From positions 36,146,001 through 36,210,000 of the forward strand of contig NC_042998.1 of assembly GCF_006345805.1 (NCBI RefSeq): a stretch of 64,000 bases of DNA. The letters are read 5' to 3'. The DNA is from Octopus sinensis. Taxonomy: Eukaryota. Below the pieces are notes generated by a model. It saw nothing but the letters and a program-made list of their open reading frames with translations, did not search any database and was not told where the DNA came from. Positions 1 through 12,012 of the stretch are shown piece by piece (the first letter of the stretch is position 1; each line of letters begins with the position of its first letter). Both the position numbers and the translations under genes were made by a program.

Positions 1-1110
1 TCGAAGGCAGGAATCCGTTATGGCCAGTTAGTTAATAAGCAGCCTAAGAATAAATAATCCGGGCCAGCGAGGACGGGTTATTTCCCTTAGATCAGTTCAT
101 CTGGGTTAAAAGAAGGGGAACAAGGAAGTTTGCCCTTAGGCTGCTTTTACTTCGTGAGGACATTTTCGGATCTAATCGAAGAACAGCGAATCCCATGCTT
201 GCAGCAGGTAATGTTTGAAACGGATGCAGACAATGTAAATTTTCTGACGAGAGTTCAGTAATCCTGATTTTAGGGAGTCTTTGAGGATCCTTGCTCGCTC
301 AGCTACGCAAAGCAGGCAGCGGCCGCTCCCGTTAATGTAGGATCCCGGCCGTTCTATGATCCTTCACTTGACATCGTATAGGATCCCTTCATCTTTGAGG
401 CGCTACAACGTGGCTGGCCAAGGATGTAACGAATCGCCTTTCCGGAATCCTAAAAGAGGGCAATTGGTTGACCCAATATATTTCCAGGCTTGAGTGTTGG
501 TTGTGTTCACATTTCTGGCGCATCTTCGGTTGGTTCCGAGCTTGGAAATGTTGTTGCCGCTGATGTTGCTGGAGCTGCCATTGGTGCTGTTACCATTACG
601 AGGCGTCGGTCTGGCGATATCGCTACGGCCGTTTTCGTTGAAGTGGTCATCCCTGACCGTGGCGTTGGCGCTCCTGTCTCCAATTGTGATATGGGTATCG
701 TCGTTGGTAACAGTGGGCGTGAGGCCGGTAGCCTCGCTGATGCTGCTGGTGTGTCGGCGTGGTCGTCATCTTCGGTCGTAGTGCTTGTGCTGGGGTCGTT
801 GGTGTTAGCGCTATCGCTGCTGCCGTTGATGTTAGATGATCCGTTGCTGCTATTACTATAATTGCTAGGTCTAGGTATCACCACAGCCTCATAGATGACT
901 TCCTCCACCTCGCATTGCCCCCACCAACAAGTCATTGTACTCCCTTCAGGAGCAACCGGCCTCCTCCCGCGTTTTATGGGTGATAGCTAATATACTTTTC
1001 ATGTTGGGTGCGCAGATGAAGGAGACCCTTAGGTTGTACCTATTGGACAAACGTCTGTGCTTGTTTGTCTGCATGAAGTGTTTGCTAACCTGAGGAATAT
1101 TCTTCTCACA
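1..1110 (-). mobile_element. Degenerate Penelope-like retroelement, 3' portion: RT-thumb/linker, C-terminal GIY-YIG endonuclease and 3' UTR
   Basis: Manual translation across frameshifts gives KHFMQTNKHRRLSNRYNLRVSFICAPNMKSIL...GCS*R...GQCEVEEVIYEAVV...WKYIGSTN...KDEGILYDVK*RIIERPGSYINGSGRCLLCVAERARILKDSLKSGLLNSRQKIYIVCIRFKHYLL. This matches the C-terminal-EN Penelope-like pattern (VSYSCMPN, CxC, C..VIY.A, YIG, C.LC..E..I, LN...E...C.H). Reading ends at a TAG near 172. Clade not assigned with certainty. Confidence 0.8.
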
Positions 1111-1339
1111 CAAAATTTATTCTAAATTGAAAAGAGAAAGAGAGGAAGGAAGATACATACATACATGCATGAATGTCGGCTCTGCTATACAAGGCCCTGG
1201 GAAAAGACATTTTGCCGTGATGCTACGCAATCGATTTGAACTTGAGCCCTCATGGGTGCTGAGCAAATTTCTTAGCCTCGAGGCGACCCACGAGAAACAA
1301 GCTTATACATATATAAGGTGCTGTCATAGATCTTGTATC

Positions 1340-1721
1340 TTCCACTTGTATCAGTATCTGGACCGCGGCCACTTTGAAGAACTTTTTTTATTTTCTTAAG
1401 CCTAGAACTTTTTCAATCGACATCTATTGCCGAACCGCTAGGTTACGGAGACATGAACTCTCCAACACCAGAGTTGTGATGGTAGGGGCAAAGAAAGACA
1501 CAAAGATACACTAATACGCATACAAATACACACTCTCCCACGCACACAATCTCTCTCTCACACATATATATGAGGGGCTTCTTTCGGCTTCCGTCTACGA
1601 AACCCACTCACAAGGCTTTGGTCAGCTTGATGCTATAGTAGAATACACTTGTCCAAAGTGCCACGCAGTGGGACTGAACCCAGAACCATGTGGTTGGGAA
1701 GCAAACCTCTTAACGCACAGC

Positions 1722-1725
<4 letters not shown>
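1340..1725 (-). mobile_element. Degenerate tRNA-derived SINE, family A
   Basis: Reverse complement matches the head (cgtggctgtg...ggttctgggttcagtcccactgcgtggc) and body of the complete copy at 42526-42946. Confidence 0.7.
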
Positions 1726-1773
<48 letters not shown>

Positions 1774-2129
1774 TATTCTAAGATGTATATCTCGTCGTAT
1801 GTGAATGCTACTGGAAGCCTATAATTTCCGAGGGTAGTTAAAGAATTCTATAATGTAAGAAATATTAAACAAAACTATTTGAAAAAATAACACCAAACAT
1901 AGGAAATAAAAAATGCGAAAATAAATAATGGGTTGATTTACAAAGCAGTAAAGAGTTGGAAAGGTTCTAATAGATTTTAATGTCAACCAAAAGGTAAAAC
2001 ATCAGAAGAAAAGTAATAAGCTGCAAAGGTCTGTTTGTTATGTATGAAGATAATTAAGACAGTGTATAATAGAAAAGTATTGGTCCCTTGAAACGGCTAG
2101 CAGTGTGATCTTCCAGTATTTTAGAAAGT

Positions 2130-2360
2130 GGTGCTAACCAAGGTGACAGCATTGGGTCAGTATTTCTAACCATGCATTTTGATAATTTTCAGAATTGTTC
2201 TGGTTTTTCAATATGTTGTTCTTCTCAGCTATACATAGCCTGCATATTTTTGTGAAATTTCTCTGTGGTTCAGATTGGCTAAGCATCAGTAACATGTTCT
2301 TTGAAATTCCACATATAAATACTGAAGCAGTGGATTGAGCTGGGTCGCTACTTCAACACT
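2130..2360 (-). mobile_element. Second Penelope-like GIY-YIG C-terminal remnant
   Basis: Minus-strand translation gives YMWNFKE and NFTKICRLCIAEKNNILKNQNN...LEILTQCCH, matching the C.LC..EK..IL...E...C.H tail also seen at 170-400. Frameshifted. Confidence 0.6.
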
Positions 2361-4779
2361 TGCTGATGCTCCCGGTCACGAGTGTGGGCTCAACTATTTC
2401 CAGTTGGCCTTACCTGGTACGGGGCCCCTGTCCAACATTACGAAACCCACAAATGGGTAAATTGCATCTCTACGTTCTCAGTGAATCACTTGAGGTGTAA
2501 ACCTTATAATAAATTCAAAGTGGAGCTCCTAAGGTGGTCGAATCTCTTTACCAATTCCTGTAGGCGCATTAGTGCTACACATACAATTCTACACTCGTTT
2601 GGACCAAGCACAAAACACTCACCACACACTCCGGCCAGGCTTGTGCACCGAAGAGAGGTCAATTCGGTGCCCACTGAAAGGCAACAGTAGAGACAAGGGA
2701 GGTAAATGTGGTCACCTATGTGGAACAGTAGCTCCAATCCTGACTGACCAGTGATGTATAAATCCATCGTCAATCGAGACAGCTATTTGTCACACACACA
2801 CAGAACTAAATACACAAAAGCAAACATATACACAGATGAACGGATACAGTAACACCAGTTGTAAGTTCGCAATTAAATGCAGTTATCTGTGTGACATACT
2901 AACATTCGGCGACCAAGTGCCGTGTTTCGTTGAAGCTGATCTCACTGTAGTTCTAGGATAAAGCAGAAACTCTTAAAAGACAAACGCAAGTCAAGGCATT
3001 TCAAAACTGCCGTGTCTAGCGATGTGTGTTCAAAATTTCCATGCCAAGCGATGTGTGCTGAAAATTCTATGCCTATCGATGTGTGCTCATTCACATTTCC
3101 AATTAAACCGAAAAAAAAATAAATAAAAAAGCTGGAATAATGACAACAACAACAGCAATAATAATGATAATAATACTAATAATAACGACAATAAAAATAA
3201 TTATGAAGATGATAATGGCTTCTTTGTTGGCCACAAGGGCCTAACAAGGATGATAATGGCAATAATAAGATTAAGAAGGGGAAGGAAATATTTTCTTTTG
3301 AACATGTATTAATGTTCAAAAATAAAAATCACAAGCAACTACAATAAGAACATGATAAAAAAAAACAACATAAAATGGGGAAAAAAATGTAGAGAATAAC
3401 AAATATAAAAGGCAAAAGAGAAAGAGGAAGGAATACGGGAGCGGAATGGTAGACCCACTCTGATAATATCAACGGAAACAAAATGAAGAGCAAACAATAA
3501 ATAGAAAGAAAATAAAATAAAGGAAAAAAAATATATACAGCACAGAATATTTAAAATAATTACAAAGAATTATCGGAACCATACAGAAATGTGAGATAAC
3601 TATTATGTCTAAAGAGGAATAAGAGAATGTTTAGACTTAAAAGTGAAAGAAACGGGAGTGGGAGGGAGGAGAGAGAGAGAGAGAGACACACACACACACA
3701 CAAAAAGAGTGAAAGAAAGAGAGAGAACAGAAAAAGCAAGTATTTGAAGAATAGAATGTGTGTGTGTGTGTGTGACAGAGTATGTCAAGATAAAGTAAAT
3801 TGGCCGTCTCTGATAGTTCCTTTCCTAATCCCCACCATCACCCCCTCTTTATCTATCTATCTGTCTGTCTGTATATGTAAACTTACGCAGACAGGTACAT
3901 AAGTCTACGTGTATACATCACAAGCACACACACACACACACACAACGATAGACCCCGTACACCGGCAGTAATACCATTGTATGACATGCATGACCAGATA
4001 GTTATGAAATGTGCTTCGCAGTTACAATACCCCGGATTCGATCCTGGAGCGTGGCATCTCGGGCAAGTATCTTTTACCATAGTTTTGGGTCAACCCAAGC
4101 CTTTGACTTAAACCGAATCGACAGACACCATGGAAGCTGTCGAATGCAGAATACTCGCAATGGAGGGTTCGAACCTTGATGCAATCGTTTCACGCTGATT
4201 CTAGGAAATTCTTTCACCAAAGCTGCATATGCGTGTCTTTGTTGTAAATATGTACGAATCTGAGTATTCTACATATTTGGTTGGAACCGACTGCTGTGTA
4301 TGTTTATATTTATGTAATTACTCGTGCGCACATTTATTTGCTCTCAGTTCTTCCTTGCTGTCAACTGCTGCGGTAAAAAGGTTGTATAACGACAGAAAAT
4401 ATAAGCTATTATTTCAAGAAAATCAGTGAATACACTTCCTTACTTACTAAAACAACAACAACAACAACAAAGCAAAAAAAAAAAAAAGAAAAGACATAAA
4501 CGTGGCATTTAGGAAATCGCGGCGAAAATATAATTGAAATGAGAAAATATGGAATCGATAAAGCTGGCTTATCGATTCCTAGATTCGACAAAACTTGTGC
4601 TGATTCTCCTATCAAATTATTATCTACAAAGATTTCAGTAAAACATGTTTTAATACAAGCTGCGCTATAAACAAAGAACGATAATTACGAAGTGAATCAG
4701 TGAAGAGCACACATCCATCCATCCACACAGATACTCACACATACACGCACACATATTTATATGTATATATGTATGTATG

Positions 4780-5040
4780 TCATTATTCAGTTTATTTCAA
4801 AATTTCTTGCCAATAGAGAAAGAATCGGTTTCTAAACTAGATCTAAGGTTCCTTCACTGGAATTTCAACATCAACAACAGGGTATTTTTGTATGTATGTA
4901 TGTATATATGTGCAGATTTGTATGTTTTATGTATGTATTCTCATGCATTTAGTTGCATGTCTAGACATGCTCATATATATTTAAATGATAAACTTCTGGA
5001 AAGCTTTACAGGTTTTTACAGTTCCAGTGATGGATTGGAT
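4780..5040 (+). repeat. Unclassified interspersed repeat
   Basis: ttattcagtttatttcaa...ccaatagagaaagaa.cggtttctaa...tttcaacatcaacaacagggt recurs at ~35364-35460 and ~35588-35855. Confidence 0.7.
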
Positions 5041-5049
5041 CTGTATGTA

Positions 5050-5080
<31 letters not shown>

Positions 5081-5264
5081 TAGAATGTCTTCCAGTTATT
5101 ACCTTTCCATAAGGCATGATACGGTGGCCAGAACAGTCTGGAACAGGATAACAAGAAATAAAATATCAACAGACGAAGTTGACTCTGTTGGGGCGAATAA
5201 GCCGCCAAAGAAATATTGGTGAAACTTAATAACAGCAGAAGAAAACATACATATGTATACTTCA

Positions 5265-5299
<35 letters not shown>

Positions 5300-6183
5300 A
5301 TCCAGACATGAAAACACAACAACGCGAGGACGTGGAACAAGTATAGTGTTATTTGACGCTCAGGAAAGGAAAGAGCTCTTCGTCAGAAACACAGGAGAAG
5401 GAAAGATCCAAGGAATGGAAGACGGAGGAAAAAATAGCCAACGATACACACACGGTCACATATTGAATGTATATATATGTATATATATATATATTATATA
5501 TATATACACACACACACATATGTACATATTGTTGCACGATTATGCACGCCCCCATACGGCCGTCTACACCGTTGACATGTTTTGAAAAATTGCGTTTCGT
5601 GTTGATAGGAACCCACTTCATATAGTCCAGATTGTCCTTCCGATTATCACCTCTTTGGACCACTCAAAGAGGTGACAATCCTCCACGAATCGTTGATTTG
5701 CTACAGACGAAAAAGTAAAGGAAACGGTGCATAAATGGATGTAGGACTGCTTGAAGACTGCTGGGGAAGTGCGTCGAAAATCAAAAAGACTGAGTTGAAA
5801 AAATGATGTGAATGTTCAACAACCTTTTTTGTTTTAATATTTTACAGAAACAAGAGTGCGTATAATTTTTGACTTAACCTCGTATATAGGCTTGTATTTT
5901 GATATTTCGTTTGGGCATAGAAATACTAATAAGCTGGTGTTAGAACACAATACACGTACGCATTAGAGAAAAGCGGTTGTCAAGGAAAGAGCGTAACAAC
6001 AGATTATTAAAATGACAAAGGGACACAAGAAATTATGCAATGAACTTCATTATCAAACAACTGTTTCTGCTATAAGGTGACTCACAAACACTCGACTATA
6101 AGTTCATTGCGTCTATAGCAGAAACAGCTGTAAGCCAATGAAGTTCATTACGTGAATTCTTGTTCCGTTATCGATATAATCTT

Positions 6184-6260
<77 letters not shown>

Positions 6261-6344
6261 TGTGTGTGTGTGGTGTGTGTGTGTGTGTGTGTGTGGTGTG
6301 TGTGTGTGTGTATATACATATATAAGAAAATAGAACAGATTTAT

Positions 6345-6510
6345 ATATATATAAATCTGCTCTATTTTCTCTCCCTGTTTATTTCTGTGTTCCTTTCTGT
6401 CGAAGAGCGTAGGCTCGAAACATAAAAGACTTTCTCACTTCCCAAGCGTTAAACTAATACATCTGTTTCTTGTTTACACATCCGTCTTAGTCTTTTGTTT
6501 TTTGTAAATT
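6345..6510 (+). repeat. Short Penelope pseudo-LTR-like repeat with hammerhead-like core
   Basis: ctgtcgaagagcgtaggctcgaaacataaaagactt at 6397 onward; inverted homolog at ~27150-27280. The pseudo-LTR origin is inferred from the motif. Confidence 0.5.
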
Positions 6511-6515
6511 CGCAC

Positions 6516-6554
<39 letters not shown>

Positions 6555-7344
6555 TTAATCAAACACTGAAACACACGCCTACGTTAATTTTCGATTTCAA
6601 TGTGTAATGTGTAGATTTCTAGATAGAAAGACTACTTCTGATTCGAAGTGACCGAACTGTCTGCGAGCAGTAACAAAGCTCCCGATTATTCTCTCGAAAA
6701 TGTTTCTCTTTCAATTTCTTCTCGATTCACATAAAGAATGTTACTGCTCAGAGTTATTTTACTTATCTCCGTTCATTATTAATTATTGAAGTCTCTGAAT
6801 TCGGCTGTAAATACATTTCAGGATTCCATTTCTCCCATCAGCGTTTTCATTGGGATAAATTTTCTCTTTCAGACCCCCACAGCCAATAAAGCTAATGCTG
6901 TTATTAATGGCGACGTTGATTCATTTGAATTTCCTCTTTCGTTTCAATATTGACCAAGCGTCGAAGATACGAATTATAACTCACATAAGTTGCTGCTGTT
7001 GTTGTTGTTATTTAACCCTAGGCCACTTTATCTATTGGCTGGACACTTTTTCTGGTGCAGTTTTATCACTTTGGTTAAAAACATGGAAATATTCAAAAAG
7101 GAAAGTAGTTCACAAATAATTCACAAAATCAAACTGTTTGAAACATTGACGCAGTTGTAATGGATTTCAGATAGATTTGACAAACCGTTCAGAATAGAAT
7201 TCTGTGAAATGAAATAAAGGTGATGAGAGGAAGTCAATCCCGTTGAAGCGGCGGCGGATAAGATAAGTATAAAAAAATCAGATTATAGCAGAGATTGTTG
7301 TATCATTACGCAAAGATGATAGAATATTCATTGCCCTTAAAATG

Positions 7345-7412
<68 letters not shown>

Positions 7413-7555
7413 TAGGTATCAGTTAGAGGAGTTTAATACCTTTAAGGGATAATTAAATCCAAAGTCACTCCTGGTTATTACCTGGGTAGGTACAGTCTTT
7501 TGTAAAGTTGTACGGTAGCAGGTGGTTCGGTTGTAAGACCTTAGTTTAGGTTAAA

Positions 7556-7735
7556 TACGAGAAGAATATGGATGTAAACAACAAGGGAAAGCTTGTCGTT
7601 TTCGCTGGTATGCCTTTAATTTAATTAGATAACAAAGAAGAAGGTACCTTCTTCTTTGTTATCTAATCAAATTAAAGGCATACCAGCGGAAACGACAAGT
7701 TTCCCCTTGTTATTTACATCCATTTTCTTCTCGTA
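7556..7735. repeat. Spacer-less palindrome with 90-bp arms
   Basis: Centre ggt|acc at 7645/7646; arms are complementary with about 6 mismatches. Confidence 0.95.
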
Positions 7736-7782
7736 TACATATATAAATACATACACACACACACATTATATATATATATATA

Positions 7783-8182
7783 ACTAGCAGTATCGCCCGG
7801 CGTTGCTCGGGTTTGTAAGGGAAATAACTATATAAGCATTTTTAGAGAGCTATAGCTAAAAAATAGCAAAAAAATGCATTAAAAATGGAAAAAAATGATG
7901 GTAAATTTTTTTTAAAAATCGTCGACTCATCGTAGATATTTTTAGAGAGTTACTTCCCTTATATAATAGCGAAAAAAATGCATTAAAACGGAAAAAAATG
8001 ATGGTAATTTTTTTTTAAATCGTACACTCATCGTAGACGCGTGCTAATACCCAGAAGGGCTCGATATGAATCACGATTATAAGATACCCGGTTTTGGTTA
8101 AACTGCACCGCAAAATGTGGGAGTAGTTAGGAATCTAAATCGTAGGAGACAGACACACAACTTCACTTTTATATATAAAGAT
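7783..8182 (+). mobile_element. Non-autonomous Helentron-type (HINE/DINE-1/Lep1-like) element
   Basis: Starts ACTAGC followed by the GC hairpin cccggcgttgctcggg; ends acagacacacaacttcacttttatatataaagat; sits in an (AT)n tract; internal ~100-bp tandem duplication (7838-8037). These termini are characteristic of Helentron-associated interspersed elements. Confidence 0.75.
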
Positions 8183-8227
8183 TATTTCTAAATGTCGCCA
8201 AGAGAAAATATTCCATAACAGCTCATT

Positions 8228-8456
8228 AAAGTAAAGACTATTTGTCAACATAATGTAGCTATCCTGGAAGGGACGACTGCTGTTTAACCCCAGGAAACAT
8301 CGTTTCCAACTGGCTGAGCTCCCCGTTCGAAAATATCAATAGACAGACACTGTGTCGTATAGCCAGCTGGAAACGATGTCTCCTAGGGTTAAACAGCAGT
8401 AACAATCGTTCGATCTAGGACAGCCCCATTATGCTGGCATATTTAGTCTTTACTTT
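8228..8456. mobile_element. Diverged palindromic MITE-like element
   Basis: Self-complementary ends aaagtaaagacta.../...tagtctttacttt; internal arms homologous to 12216-12463. Confidence 0.7.
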
Positions 8457-8739
8457 TATATTTACCTTTTTGATGGGCCGTTCTATATATTTGTATTTTA
8501 TTCGCATATATAGTTTTACCTCTGTGTTTTTATGTATATTTTATATGTTTAAGACCCATGGTAATATTTATATGTGATCAAATGTTTGAGGTACGGTGTT
8601 ATATATAAAGTCATTGACTCGAATTTGATGTTTGTTCCATGATCAATGTTTCTCTATTTCTGTCTCAATTACATTTGACCACTTCTTTTTTGCAGTCCTA
8701 TAAACCCTTTTGTTTCCATAAAAAGAGGTAAAAAATATT

Positions 8740-8833
<94 letters not shown>

Positions 8834-8847
8834 TGTGTGTGTGTGTA

Positions 8848-9090
8848 TGCGGCTTAGTGGTTAGGGTGTTGGACTCATCATCATCATAAGATTGTGGTTT
8901 CGATTCCTGGACCGGGTGATGCGTTGTGTTCTTGAGCAAAACACTTCATTTCACGTTGCTCCAGTCCACTCAGCTGGTAAAAATGAGTAATCCTGTGATG
9001 GATCGGCGTCCCATCCAGGTGGGACAAGATATACGCTACTGAAACCGAGAAATCGGCCCTTATGAACCTGGCATGACTCCAGAAGGAAAC

Positions 9091-9092
<2 letters not shown>
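8848..9092 (+). mobile_element. tRNA-derived SINE, family C
   Basis: A-box-like ggcttagtggttagg, B-box-like ggtttcgattcc, then gcgttgtgttcttgagcaaaacacttcatttcacgttgctccagtccactcagctgg; homologs at 15190-15495 and 26835-27148. Confidence 0.8.
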
Positions 9093-9128
<36 letters not shown>

Positions 9129-10329
9129 CTATAGTTAGGGTGCTTGCTGGGACAATGCACTGTTACTTTAATACTCTGGTGGATGGAGTTAGCTATTTGG
9201 TGGATGTTTTTCATGGTGCTACATATATATATATATAGAGAGATGTGTATGTATGTGTGTGTGTGTGTGTGTACATATATATATATACACACACACACAT
9301 ATATATATATTATTATACACAAACATATATGTATATACGCATAAATTTGTGTGTATAGAAAAACACTGTTATATATTCTATAATTTGTAGAAAACAGAAG
9401 AACTTGATGTGACGAATGGTGACCTATATCAAACATCTATAAGAAAGGCACGAGTAAAGAAAATTCTCCAACACTGTAAACATTTCCCACAGACTCTAAT
9501 TTCCATATTTTCCAGTGTAATTGTATTCGTAATCAAGTCACCGAAAGCCACAATAAGTTTGACATCAGAAGAAAAGTGACAATAACAGTTTTTGTGTGTC
9601 TTAAATGGCTAAGTGAAACAAATATTCCTTTTATTTAACATTTCAAGTTCGAGTTAGATTTACACATAAAGTGAAACAAGAGCAGCAATAAAAAGGATCA
9701 TGTAATTCATGTCACGTGTGGCGTCTACAAACCTCCTCACTAGCTATATTGAACATGTTAATGTGCATACATGCATAGCACTACATTATAACACATACGC
9801 ACCCACATACACACACACACACACACGTTATATATATTCGTTTGTTAGAGCCTAAAGCTTCAATTTGTCGCTACTTCGAAATTCTTGTACCGCACACTTT
9901 ACGTGACTGTTTATGCTTGTGTGTGAATGTGTGTAAGTACGTGTGTGTGTGTGGGCGCGTGTGTATGTGTGTGTATGTGACAGAGATGATGGTATTGAAT
10001 GTTAATCTCTTCCTTTGATCATTAGTCAAACTACTGCCATCGGCGACTCACAATTTATTCAGGACCTAATGCATTTACTGCTCACCTGAAACAAGCGTTT
10101 GTTTACACGAGCCTAGATGTAAAGCTGATAAGAAATTTTACCTCTCGGCATAAACTTTATTAGTAAAAAAAGAAAACGCCAAATAAATATATTAATGAAC
10201 TTTATTTAATCATTTTAGTGCGAAGAAGCGCATCAGAACCATTGATATATGTTAGTTTATAGAGAACAAGTGAAGTTGATATGATTGATATTCAGCTGGA
10301 ATGTGTTCAAGTTGATGCATGTTGAGAAA

Positions 10330-10720
10330 ATATAGATAGAAATGGCGTAGCAGAAGAGCATTCCAAAACCTTGTAGATCTGGTATTTAAGGCTTAAGATT
10401 CGACTTCTGTGACAGGATATTTTGTGGTAAGAACAGAATGGTGGGAAGCGAAGTTGCAGTGAATCTGGTCCTGTTTAGTTGAGGTGGCACACAGCTTGAT
10501 AGCTCTGTTGACTAGGAATAGTTTTATAGTTTCGGTCGAAGAGACAGGAGGAAGGAAGTGTGGTATGCTAGGGGCAATATGGAGGACCTGATGAGTTAGG
10601 TCTAAGCTGTCCTGCTAACGTAAGAAGTACTTCAGTGTAGACAACCTTCATGTCTTGTATAGAAGAGAAGAAACAAAACTAGCTGTTGAGATCCAATGAT
10701 GGCCATGTGGTTTTCATCAC
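10330..10720 (-). mobile_element. Highly decayed LINE-like 3' fragment (L2/CR1 group, tentative)
   Basis: Fragmentary motifs LFY..H.GC and NRAIKL; nucleotide similarity to 12830-12960 (tctcttcga.cgaaa.tataaaac, tgtgcc.cctcaact, ttctgttcttaccacaaaa). Confidence 0.35.
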
Positions 10721-11003
10721 ATCGATCTCTCATTGTGATATGTAGGGCCATTAAAGGTCATTTACAAACAGGTTTTTTTTACAAACGTTTAAAAACGTGT
10801 ATAAATTGTGTTTTGATGTGATGATGGATACAATCAGGTTGAGTAAAAAGTAAGCAACGTTTTGAACCGGATTTTTGCAGAGTTTTTGAATTTTCTTTAA
10901 ACATTTTTTTTGCAATTATCTGATAATACAGACATAGACTTCCCCAAATACATCAATAAATGAACATTGCTATTTTTTTTCACCGTTGTTACAATCATCT
11001 GAA

Positions 11004-12012
11004 ATGGAACTTTCAAAGAGCAATATTTGAGCAGTTTTGCTATTCAATTTAAAAAAAAAGACGTAAAGCAGCTGAAAATGCTCAGGATATCAATGAAATG
11101 TTTGGTGAGGAAATGACCAGTGAGTGATCAGCACGAAAATAGTTTAAAGGATTTCACAGGGGAGACCTGGGCCTTGAAGATCGTGAGACGGCCATTTATT
11201 ATCGATGGCGGTCACTTGACCAACATTGAGAAAGATCCGTGTAAAACCACTCGAGAACTGGTAAAAGAACTTCAAGTTAGCCAAGAAACTACCTGCAACC
11301 ATTTGCATGCGATTGGAAAGTCAAAAAAAGCTCAACAAATTAGGGTTAGGGTTAGGCTTAGGGTTGAATGGAAATCAGGAAATGTGCAGATATGAAATTT
11401 GCTCGTCGCTTCTTCTCCGTAACAGACCGATCCATTTGTTGGCCTTATTGTAACTTGCGATAAAAGTGAATTTTGTACAATAATAAAAAACGTTGGTTAA
11501 ACCAAAATGAAGTTCCGAAAACCTTCCATAAACCCAAGCTCTTCAAAAAGAAGCTTATGGTGACTGTTTGGTGGTGTACTGCTGGCCTCATCCACTATAA
11601 CTTCTTAGAACCCGGAAAAACCATTACTACAGAAACATATTGCCATGAAATTGCCAAAATGAACGAAAAACTGCTACTCCTCCATCTCAGACTGGTCAAC
11701 AGAAGAGGGCCAATCATTCTTCATAACAATGCTCAACCACACGTTTCACTAATGATGCTCCAGAAGTTGAAGGAACTTGGCTATGAAGTTCTTCCCCAAC
11801 TCATTCCCCAGACCTTTCTCTTACCGACTACCACTTTTTCAAGCACCTTGATGGTTTCCTGCGCGAGAAGGAGTTAAAAAATCCAACCGATGCTGAAAGT
11901 GCGTTCAAAGAGTTCATCAGCTCGAGAACATCAGATTTTTATGTTACCAGAATAAACAAACTTGTAACTTATTGGCAAAAACATGTTGATTGTAATGGTA
12001 CTTTGATGAATA
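11004..12012 (+). pseudogene. Mariner transposase pseudogene
   Basis: Motifs VTCD, KKLMVTVWWCTAGLIHYNFLEPGKTIT, LHNNAQPH (catalytic D mutated to N), PDLSLTDYHFFKHLD; several stops and frameshifts. Confidence 0.95.
11340..11365 (+). repeat. Interstitial telomeric repeat (TTAGGG)x4, one unit variant
   Basis: ttagggttagggttaggcttagggtt inside the transposase pseudogene. Confidence 0.85.

Noticed and set aside
490-861. Plus-strand ORFs 490-861 and 494-781
   Set aside because: They are antisense shadows of the low-complexity insert in the minus-strand Penelope-like ORF.
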